43,381 nucleotides of DNA, from contig WELA01000937.1 of the NCBI GenBank assembly GCA_009602735.1, positions 97,259 to 140,639 of the forward strand, read 5' to 3'. The stretch is from Mesotaenium endlicherianum. Its lineage: Eukaryota. The notes beneath the pieces were generated by a model that saw nothing but the letters and a program-made list of their open reading frames with translations, was not told the origin of the DNA and did not search any database. The position numbers and the translations under genes are program-made. Below are positions 1 to 9,604 of this stretch, piece by piece (positions within the stretch are counted from its first letter, which is position 1; the number at the start of each line of letters is the position of its first letter).

Positions 1-514
1 AGCCGGTCCATGAGCTCATCCATGCGCGGCAGCGGGTATCGATTCTTGATGGTGATCTTGTTGAGGGCGCGATAGTCCACACACATCCTCAAGGTACCAT
101 CTTTCTTCTTGACAAATAGCACCGGGGCTCCAAATGGCGACTTGCTAGGTCGAATGAAGCCATGCTCCAGTAGCTCCTTGATTTGCTTCTTGACTTCGTC
201 TAGCTCCGTGTATGACATTTTGAACGTAGGCCGAGAGATGGGCTTGCTTCCGGGCTCCAACTCTATCTTGTGGTCTACGAATCTCTTGGGGGGTAAGCCC
301 TTGGGCAATTCCGGGGAGAATTCTTCTTTGTAGTCCTCTGGGACTTCTTGTATCTCCTTGGGAACGGGGCTGCCTTCTTGACTCTCGATGTCTTTCTTGA
401 TGTCTTTTGGCGTGATCAAGGCCAAAAGAAGCTCGTGTCCCTTCCTCACAAGTCTCTTGAGTTGGAGGGCGGACAATAGTATCTGGTGTGCCGGCTTCTT
501 GATGTCTTGGATCT
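1..514 (-). mobile_element. Ty3/Gypsy pol fragment (protease-RT linker and RT N-terminus) of element X, a family distinct from copies A/C; runs off the left edge
   Basis: Open minus-strand frame ...[10 protein letters not shown]...[24 protein letters not shown]...[53 protein letters not shown]; similarity stops abruptly at 515. Confidence 0.92.
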
Positions 515-1230
515 TGAAATGAATCGAATTACCAAATAGGCGATTAACAATTAATAAAGATCTTTATATCAGCAAGTAATCTTTGTGGTATTTTCCGTTA
601 ACTGGTTAAACGGCAAAGGACAACACACTAGCAGGGAACAATACTCTTAAGTCAAATGCGAGTGAACTAGCATCGATAATGCAATCAGTAAACTCATACA
701 TAAGCAAGGTTAGAAGACAGTGCGTATCAATGGCTTCTCGCCTTTGATTCAGATCTCTCTCAGTAAGCTGTACAAGAGAGTTGGCCTCGATTCCGAATGC
801 CGAACTCGAGAGCAATGCCTAGCATATGTACATGGAATGAGTTTACTGTTCAACGGCCAGTGCGATGGCACCGCCTACCTGGGAGTTAACCACGTTGGTA
901 GGACCTCGGTTAACCAAATCCACCGCCATTTCCCATCATCCCGAATAGCCATCCATCATAGGGATGTCATCTGGCCATTCATCTAGCATGTCGTACTCCG
1001 ATGCATATCAAGGCAGTTCGCTGCTACCGAGTACGGAAGTCAGCTGGCTGTCAAAGAATGTGTCAGCAAGCTGACTTAAGTGGACTTCAACCTGCTGCTT
1101 CCGGCTGAGTCATTAATATTAAATATAAAGTCCAGCAGACTGATTATTAACTAAAGTGCAGTAGGCTGAACTTAAATAACTATTATATTTAAATGAATAT
1201 TATATCTACTAAATATACTGATTCATTTTA
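515..1230 (-). repeat. Probable 3' LTR (716 bp) of an unidentified LTR retroelement (element B) inserted into the pol of element X
   Basis: 11-bp terminal inverted repeat TGAAATGAATC (515-525) / GATTCATTTTA (1220-1230, one mismatch); a minus-strand polypurine tract abuts it; it interrupts an open pol frame. Confidence 0.7.
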
Positions 1231-1243
1231 ATCCCTCCAACTC
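1231..1243 (-). promoter_or_regulatory. Polypurine tract of element B
   Basis: Minus strand GAGTTGGAGGGAT directly adjacent to the LTR end. Confidence 0.6.
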
Positions 1244-1343
1244 AACTTGTTGTCGCCTCGACAACATTAAACTGCAAAAGTCTTAAATAAAGGATCTGAA
1301 CCTGACCAGCCACCCCCACGGACTGCCTTTTCAGCCTGTTACC

Positions 1344-1492
1344 TTAGGGGGTTGCCCCTGGGGCTTCAGGATCAGGAGACGGAGATCTGGACCTAGATCT
1401 GGACAGCCCTCTAGGTCTGCCAGCTGGCCTTCTAAAGAACCCCGTTTGTTCTAAAGTTGGACCTCGAGGAGAACGAAGGATGGTAGCCTGCT
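1344..1492 (-). pseudogene. C-terminal part of the element B 3' ORF, split off by insertion of chromovirus A
   Basis: Removing 1493-7649 joins the 7645-side ORF in frame to QATILRSPRGPTLEQTGFFRRPAGRPRGLSRSRSRSPSPDPEAPGATP-stop (TAA 1346-1344). Confidence 0.65.
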
Positions 1493-2237
1493 TGTAAGGT
1501 CATAGGTTTAGAAAGTGCATTTTTGAGTTTCATGAAAGTATGTTTTGATTGTATAGTAGTGTAGAGTGCATTTTTGTGGTCATTCTGATATAAAGTTCAT
1601 CAAATTTGGTCAAGTATTAAGAGAGTTATGGATTTCCAAAGTTTAATTAGTTTTGAGGTCGGTTGACGACTGTCCTTAATTCGCGATGAGCGCGACCGTC
1701 GGATTGACCGACAGCGTCGAGCGATCTGGCCCGTTAGAATGAACTCGAACCTTCACGTAAGTTCGGCTGACGCGGAGTGCCGACTAGGTCGATTTACCTA
1801 GAAGTTTCGGTTTAGCCTAGCGCGTCTAAGATAGAATATTCTAGTAATGTCGATGCATGTATGTGGACGTCAATTCGGCCCGACACGTCAGAGTAGACTG
1901 ATCTGGCTTACTCACGAATATTTTGGAAGGGACGATTTGACGAACACTTAGGAAAATCCGTAGCTTCCTCCTAGGGAGGAGCACTTAGGCAGAAAATTAT
2001 AAATAGGCATAACTTCTTTGTTTCTTATCAGTTTTCACTTCTGTAAAATCCTACAGGTTTGTAATGACAAGGCCTTTCATCCTACATCATTTTTGAGCAG
2101 TTTCTTGCCACTCAAAATGTCAAGTAATTTTCCTAAGCTTTCTTAGCAATATGCCGCTGCACTCTTGAGTATGATTGCAACTAGCTTTGTTCCTCGTGAG
2201 TCACTACGCTTCCACTAGGGCACTCTGCCCCCTTTCA
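1493..2237 (+). repeat. 5' LTR of copy A
   Basis: TGTAAGG...CCTTTCA; TATA-like TATAAATA at 1998-2005; about 23 substitutions versus the 3' LTR by manual comparison (~97% identical). Confidence 0.95.
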
Positions 2238-2239
2238 TC

Positions 2240-2251
2240 TGGTATCAAAGC
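2240..2251 (+). promoter_or_regulatory. Primer-binding site, tRNA-iMet type
   Basis: TGGTATCAAAGC two bases after the LTR; the canonical plant iMet PBS is TGGTATCAGAGC. Confidence 0.85.
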
Positions 2252-2275
2252 AGGGGCTAGTTTGCATATTATATT

Positions 2276-3307
2276 ATGGAGTCGCAACCGGCAGCTGGAG
2301 GAGACGAACATGTCGAGCATGTTGAGCGCGCGGGGCAACAGGCAGCACCAACGATGACTTGAGAGCAACAAGAGATGCAGGCGATGCTAAGGCAAATGGC
2401 AAATGCAATTGGAGGAGAAGTCTACACCCAGTTTCAACAAAATATGCGCGCGGAGGTGGAGAGAATGGTGCAAGTTGTTATGGGGAACGCCGCTTCGACG
2501 AGTTCGGCACCTGCACCTGTTGTACCACCGATTCATGTTAACCCAGTAATGCAACCAGTTATTCCACCCGCATCAGGAGTGCGTGCACCTAAGCCTGAAG
2601 TTTATACTGGAGAGCGTGGATCGCCGCCTGTTCATCAATGGATTTTTGGAGTGAAGAAATTTATGGAGTACTCTGCGCTCACGCTCGACAGGCAAGTCGC
2701 CTTTGTCATAACTTTGCTGTAGAAGAGTGCTGGAGCTTGGTATGAACGAGAAGAGCAGTTGTCTGGAGTTCCTGCTACTGTTGATCAGCTATTTAAAGGC
2801 TTGAAGAGGCAATTTCAACCTATTGCACCCGAGGCTACCGCTCGAGATCTATTGGTGCGCCTTCGTCAGCAAGGAAGCGTTCAGGAGTATGTTTCGCGCT
2901 TCAACGAGCTGGTGCTTCAATGCCCATCCATGCACGAGTCAGAGATGATGGACAAGTTCAAGAGGGGACTCAAGCCAACTGTGGCCAAGGAAGTGGCGCT
3001 CAAGGACCCTACCAGTCTTGGAGAAATGATGGCATTGGCAACGAGGGTCGACGCTGTGGAGTATAGTCAGAGGCAGTGGGGCAGCCACACCTTTGGAGGA
3101 TATCGACACTTTGGATCTCAAGCGCCAAGCACGAGTGTTCAAGGTCCAGTACCCATGGAGTTGGGACTTGTGCAGTACCAGCGCAGGCAGCAGAATTTCA
3201 AGCCGAGAGGACCGTGCTATAGTTGCGGCAAGCTTGGACATCTGGCTCGAGACTGTCATGTGAAGGCGAAGCAACCTCAACAGCAGGAAAAAGGAGGACG
3301 CCAGTAA
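2276..3307 (+). pseudogene. gag: gag of copy A with two premature stops
   Basis: ATG at 2276; TGA at ~2360 and TAG at 2720-2722 where copy C has sense codons; LRQQGSVQEY retrotrans-gag motif, PVPMEL and CCHC knuckle [14 protein letters not shown]. Confidence 0.9.
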
Positions 3308-6300
3308 GTCGTTCTGGGGTGTCTACTGGCGTGAAGACGAGAACTCACAAGGAGGTTATCCCCAGGAGCCTGCCGAGAAGCAAAGGACGAGACGTTGACA
3401 AGCCTATCATCGTGGAAGGAGTGGTCGACGGCAACAATGCGAAGTGTATGGTCGACAGTGGCGCAAGTGCAAACTTTGTGCACAAGAAGCTGGTGAAAGA
3501 GTGGCGAGTCCCTGTGCAGAAGCATTATGAGCCTAAGGAGGCAATTTTGGCAAATGGGCAGAGACTCAAGTGTGGTGCACCTACGGAAGCTATTCACGTG
3601 GAAGTAGCGGGGCACCGGAGTAAGGAAGTTATGGAGCAGGCAGAGTTGGGTCACCATGAGGTGATATTGGGCCGACCATGGCTAAGGAAAGCCAACCCTC
3701 AAGTGCACTGGAGCACAGGACAAGTGAAAGTCCAAGGGCGTGATGGTCGAATGGAGACAGCGAAACAGGTGGAGGTAGATACGACCACAAGTAACTGTCT
3801 TCTGTCGAGCCTGCAAGTTAAGAAGCTATGCAGGGCGAATCAGGTGAAGGAGATGTACCTTGTTTCGGTGGCCCTGGCCAGGTCATCAGATGGAGCAAGC
3901 GTGAATCCTAACAGCCTGGGCGAATGTACATCGCCGGAGGAGCAAGTAGTGGTGTCTGATCCCCTTGCTCAGAAGGAGCAGAGCCCAACTGCTCAAGAGA
4001 AGAAGCCTGCTGAGATGCCTGCCCAAATTAAGGCGCTGTTGGAGGAGTTCAAGTGCGTGTTTCCTGAGGAACTACCTACAGGATTACCTCCACAGAGAGC
4101 TATGGAGCACAAGATTGAGTTGGAACCAGGGAGCAAGCCACCAGTGAGACCCGCCTATCGACAATCGTTTGCGGAGTTGGATGAGTTAAAGAAGCAACTG
4201 ACGGAGTTATTGGAGAAGGGATTCATCCGACCCAGCGAGTCTCCATTTGCAGCGCCAGTCTTATTTGTGAAGAAGAAGGATGGGACTATGAGGATGTGTG
4301 TCGACTACCGGGCACTCAACAAGGTCACCATCAAGAACAGGTACCCACTTCCACGAGTGGACGAGTTGATTGACAGGCTTGTCGGGGCGAAGTATTTCTC
4401 GAAGATCGATTTGAGGAGTGGCTATCACCAGGTACGGATTGCGGAAGGAGACGTTCAGAAGACTGCTTTCAGAACTCGCTATGGTTTGTTTGAGTTCACA
4501 GTCATGCCTTTTGGATTGACCAATGCACCTGCTACATTCATGGGACTCATGAATAGTATCTTCAGACCCTACTTGGACCAGTTTGTGGTGGTATTTTTGG
4601 ACGACATCCTGATCTATTCGAAGACCTTGGAGGAGCATGTGGGGCATCTGAGGAAGGTGTTGGAGGTCTTGAGAGATCAAAAGCTGTATGGGAAGATGAG
4701 CAAGTGCGACTTCTGTCTCAAGGAGGTCGAGTTTCTTGGACACATAGTGGGAGCTGAAGGAGTCAAGGTGGAGCAGAAGAAGGTGCAAGCAGTCAGAGAT
4801 TGGCCGGTACCTGCTGATATTCATCAACTCAGGAGTTTCCTCGGCATGGCGAATTATTACCGACGTTTCATTGAAGGATTTGCCAAGGTGTGTGCACCGC
4901 TCACGGACATGTTGAAGAAGCAGGAGAAGTGGCTATGGGGTGACAAGGAGCAGCAAGCCTTCGAGAAGATTAAAGAGCTGTTAACACAGGCACCTGTGTT
5001 GGCAATTGCCAGTCCAGAGCTTCCTTTCACCATCATCACAGACGCGTCAAACTTTGCAGTGGGAGCCATTCTTCTCCAGGACCAGGGCAAAGGGTTGCAG
5101 CCTGTGGCATATGAGAGCAGGAAGTTGAGTCCTGCAGAGCAGAACTATGCAGCACACGAGCGAGAGATGTTGGCTATTATCCAGGCTTTGAGGATTTGGC
5201 GATGTTATGTGGACGGTCGGAAGGTGTTCATCAAGACCGACCACAAGAGCTTGGAGAAGTTTATGACGCAGCCAACGTTGACACCAAGACAAGCAAGGTG
5301 GATGGAGTTTCTGCAACAGTTCGACCACAAGATTGAGTACTTACCTGGGAAGATCAACCCTGCAGACGCTTTATCCAGGAGGTGTGACCTTGCAGCTGTC
5401 TCAGTCATCAAGGAGAATATGGACTTCAAGGAGAAGCTTCAAAAAGGTTATGAGGAGGACCCACAGTTTGCTGATGGTGGAGCAGCCGAATCCAACTCGA
5501 GTATGCAGAAGAAAGACGGCATATGGTATTATGGTGATTCCAAGAGAGTGGTGGTACCTGACATCAAGGAGCTACGAGACTTACTACTTGCGGAGCATCA
5601 TGACTGTTTATATGCTGGACACTTTGGAAGCGAGAAGACGGCAAGCGTGCTGAAGCGGAATACTACTGGAGAAATATGGACAAGGACATCGAGGAGTGGA
5701 TCAGGAGTTGCGATGCGTGCCAGAGAAACAAGACACCAAATCAAAAGAAGGGAGGTACATTGCGGCCCCTGCCTATTCCAGAGTATCCTTGGGAGCAGAT
5801 TGCTATGGACTTCATCACATCGTTACCAGTCAGTGGTCAAGGGCACGATGCAGTTTGGGTTGTATCTGATAGACTCAGCAAGATGGCTCACTTCATTCCC
5901 ATGAAGGAGACTTGTACGGCAGCAGATGTGGCACGGCTATTCTTTGATCATATTTTCAGGCTACATGGGTTGCCGAAGGTGATTGTTTCAGATCGAGATC
6001 CAAGGTTTACTAGCAACTTTTGGCGGTCATTGTTTACTTTGATGGGGACCAAGCTGAGTATGAGCACTTCCTATCACCCTCAGACAGATGGGCAGAGTGA
6101 GAGGCTCAACAGAACTCTGCAAGAGGTGCTCAGGAGTTTCACTATGGAAGACCCTTCAGAGTGGGACAAGAAGCTACCAGGGTTGGAGTTTGCCTACAAC
6201 AACAGCATGCAGGGATCGACCAAGCAGTCACCATTCGCTATGGTTTATGGGAGAGAAGTATATCATCCAGGGAACATCTTGTTGAACAAGGCCAAGGAGA

Positions 6301-6689
6301 CTCAGGTTCCTACTACACAAGCTTTTATGGAGCAGATGACCAAGACTTGGGATATGGCGAAGACGTGTATTCGGAAGGCACAGGAAGAGCAGGTCAAGCA
6401 TGCTAACAAGCACAGGAGGGAAGCGACATTCCATGTGGGCGACAAAGTACTCTTGTCCACAGAGAACCTACCTTTCACAGGCAAGAGGAAACTGCGGGCA
6501 CGATTTACAGGTCCTTTTGAAGTGCTCAAGCAGGTGAATCCAGTGGCCTACAAGTTGGAACTTCCTTCAGGCTGGCGTATCCATGATGTGTTCCATGTCA
6601 TTTGTTTGCGACCATACGATGACCCGAATGAAGGACATCCTGGACGACTACCTACACCGCCACCACCGGTCGGAATCGATGATGTATTG

Positions 6690-6860
6690 GAGTATGAAGT
6701 GGAGGCGATTGTCGGCGATCGACGAGTCAAGCGAGGTCAACGATTTGTCCAAGAGTATCTGGTCAAGTGGAAAGGCTANGGGCTACCCTGCGGACAACAA
6801 CACTTGGGAGCCAGAGGCCAACTTGACTCATTGTGAGAGTAAGTTGAGGCGTTATCTACA
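6690..6860 (+). other. Integrase C-terminal chromodomain
   Basis: EYEVEAIVGDR...[22 protein letters not shown]; the apparent frameshift sits at the single N at 6779. Confidence 0.9.
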
Positions 6861-6885
6861 GAATGCGTCGAGGACGTCGCATCTT

Positions 6886-6899
6886 GAGGAGGGGGATGA
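6886..6899 (+). promoter_or_regulatory. Polypurine tract of copy A
   Basis: GAGGAGGGGGATGA immediately before the 3' LTR. Confidence 0.88.
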
Positions 6900-7644
6900 T
6901 GTAAGGTCATAGGTTTATAAAGTGCATTTTTGAGTTTCATGAAAGTATGTTTTGATTGTATAGTAGTGTAGAGTGCATTTTTGTGGTCATTTTGATATAA
7001 AGTTCATCGAATTTGGTCAAGTATTGAGAGAGTTACGGATTTCTGAAGTTTAATTAGTTTTGAGGTCGGTTGACGACTGTCCTTAATTTGCGGTGAGCGC
7101 GACCGTCGGATTGACCGACAGCGTCGAGCGATGTGGCCCTTTAGAATGAACTCGAACCTTCACGTAAGTTCGGCTGACGCGGTGTGCCGACTAGGTCAAT
7201 TTACCAAGAAGTTTCGGTTTAGCCTAGCGCCTCTAAGATAGAATATTCTAGTAATGTCGATGCATGTATGTGGACGTCAATTCGGCCCGACACGTCAGAT
7301 TAGACTGATCTGGCTTACTCACGAATATTCTGGAAGTGACGATTTGACGAACACTTAGGAAAATCCGTAGCTGCCTCCTAGGGAGGAGCACTTAGGCAGA
7401 AAATTATAAATAGGCATAACTTCTTTGTTTCTTATCAGTTTTCACTTCTGTAAATTCCTACAGGTTTGTAATGACAAGGCCTTTCATCCTACATCATTTG
7501 CGAGCAGTTTCTTGCCACTCAAAATGTCAAGTAATTTTCCTAAGCTTTTTTAGCAATATGCCGCTGCACTCTTGAGTATGATTGCAACTAGCTTTGTTCC
7601 TCGTGAGTCACTACGCTTCCACTAGGGCACTCTGCCCCCTTTCA
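6900..7644 (+). repeat. 3' LTR of copy A
   Basis: Direct repeat of 1493-2237, followed by TSD CTGCT. Confidence 0.95.
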
Positions 7645-8360
7645 CTGCTCTTCACCCACTTGGGTGTTGATCCCCACGTAGACAGCCATTTCAGTAGGAT
7701 GCTGAAATACATTGGCAAGAGGTACATGTCCCTGAGCGAAGGGGGAGGCCGGCATACCTCTGGCCACCCCGCGTATCCCTCTTTTGAAACCCCTGTCCTC
7801 TGGGGATTTCTGCCTATGTCTGCTGCCCAGTACAGTGAGATCAGCTTCTTCCCCTGCTTGGGCAGGTGGACTGGGGGAGCAAGTGCGGGGTCCAGTTGCC
7901 TCCATAACGGGGATCACGTTCCATATACCTGATCTTGGTTCCTTAGGAAGTGCCCCTGCTTGCCCCTGGGTCTCCTGAGTACCAGCTCCTGATGCTTCTC
8001 CTCTGCCTTGTTCTTCTTCCTCATCCCCCTTATCCTCCTCCTCTGAGAGAGTAGGAGTCTCGTCAACTAAGTCGTCCTGCTCTCTGGTAGACATGGAGTA
8101 GTCTACTGATCTTCCTTTCTTAAGGCGCGCTGGAGGTTGCTTGGCTTTCAGCCTGCTCATATCTATCCGGCCTGCATTCTTCGCCCATTTGACGAAGGCA
8201 TGCTTTCCCTTAGAGAAGTAGTCTCTCCCCCTCCTCCTGTGCTCTTTGGTCTCTGCATTCATATTGCTCAGGCAGCCATTCAGCCTGGGGTTCCAAGGGG
8301 CAATGTGAGGTGGTAGGATGAGGTAGCCGTCTAGGCATAAACCTAGGTCTGTCTGCCGCA
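7645..8360 (-). pseudogene. N-terminal part of the element B 3' ORF (unknown protein with basic then acidic low-complexity segments); right boundary approximate
   Basis: Long stop-free frame (ORF 7642-8637) ...KEHRRRGRDYFSKGKHAFVKWAKNAGR...SEEEDKGDEEEEQG..., in-frame contiguous with 1344-1492 across the TSD. Confidence 0.55.
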
Positions 8361-8641
8361 CGCCCGGCTTGAGTGAAAGCACAATCATATAAAGTAGCAT
8401 CTGAGGCACGCTGCGGTTCCAACAAGCCGTCGCTCCCCAACACACGCAGCACGCAGAATTTGTGTTTAACGTGCCCAGATGTTTGCAAACTTCTCGAAAA
8501 TGCTCAAACAGTGCATCGGAGTGCACTAGAGAGAGAGATCGCCAGGAGTGCGCCAAGTAAGCGCCAGGCATGCGCCAAGTCTGCGTCAGGCATGCACCAG
8601 GTGGCCGCCACGTGTGCGCTAGGTGGCAGCGCTTCACTCAC

Positions 8642-8967
8642 CTGGCAAAGGGCACGAAGGCAACGCCGCTGAGCGCCATGCGGGTGGAGAGGCCCACGGT
8701 TTTGTTTACTCCCTCCCAGATGAACGCCGCCCGCCCGCCGCCCGGACCCGCCGCCCCTGCCGCCCCCGCTGCCTCGATGAGCTCGGCGCCAAATGCGGAC
8801 TTGCCGATGATGTCGAGCGTCAGCTTCGAGAGCTCCCTGCTCATCTCGAATTCGGCAGCAGCGGCGGGGGGGGGCGCTGCATTGCTGGCGCCCTGGCGGC
8901 GCGCCACGTCGGCAGTCCACCTGGTGACGGCGTCGCGCGTGCAGCCGACCATGATGGCCATCATGCG
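8642..8967 (-). CDS. P450 exon 4
   Basis: CAG|RMMAIMVGCT...EFEMSRELSKLTLDIIGKSAFG...VPFAR|GTGAGT. Confidence 0.85.
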
Positions 8968-9012
8968 CTGCGCGTCGCGACGGGGCAGATTGACGCAGTT
9001 GTCATGAGTGTN

Positions 9013-9604
9013 AAGGGTGAAAGGCCTTGTCATTACAAACCCGTAGAAATTTACAGAAGTGAAAATTGATGAGAAACAAAGAAGTTATGCCTATTCATAA
9101 TTTTTTACCTAAGTGCTCCTCCCTAGGAGGAAGCTACGGATCCTCCTAAGTGTTCGTCAAATCGTCCCTTCTAGAATATTCGTGAGTAAGCCAGATCAGT
9201 CTAGTCTGACGTGTTGGGCCGAATTGACGTCCACATACATGCATCGACATTACTAGAATATTCTATCTTAGAAGCGCTAGGCTAAACCGAAACTTCTAGG
9301 TAAATCGACCTAGTCGGCACTCCGCGTCAACCAAACTTACGTGAAGGTTCGAGTTCATTCTAACGGGCCAGATCGCTCGACGCTGTCGGTCAATCCGATG
9401 GTCGCGCTCACCGCGAATTAAGGACAGTCGTCAACCGACCTCAAAACTAATTAAACTTCAGAAATCCGTGACTCTCTCAATACTTGACCAAATTCGATGA
9501 ACTTTATATCAAAATGACCACAAAAATGCACTCTACATCAATATACAATCAAAACATACTTTCATGAAACTCAAAAATGCACTTTATAAACCTATGTCCT
9601 TACA
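9013..9604 (-). repeat. 3' LTR of copy C, missing ~150 bp of its end
   Basis: Matches the first ~590 bp of the family LTR and stops at an N. Confidence 0.9.

Larger units (their letters stand above)
3223..6912 (+). pseudogene. pol: pol of copy A (protease, RT, RNase H, integrase, chromodomain), in the -1 frame relative to gag; 1-nt frameshift near 5660
   Basis: VDSGA protease; FLDD RT; TDAS RNase H; HHCC and D-D-E integrase (AMDF, VSDRD, SERLN); GPF motif; the frame stops at 6910-6912 inside the 3' LTR. Confidence 0.93.
1493..7644 (+). mobile_element. Full-length Ty3/Gypsy chromovirus LTR retrotransposon, copy A (defective)
   Basis: Two 745-bp TG...CA LTRs, 5-bp TSD CTGCT (1488-1492 and 7645-7649), PBS, PPT, gag, and domain order PR-RT-RH-IN-chromodomain. 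Confidence 0.97.

Noticed and set aside
8360..8637. N-terminal ~90 codons of ORF 7642-8637 as part of the element B protein
   Set aside because: Starts at a GTG next to the P450 splice donor and runs through repetitive intron-like sequence; likely chance read-through
9007..9012. TSD for copy C
   Set aside because: The left LTR end is lost at an N, and the left flank AGTGT does not match the right flank AGACC
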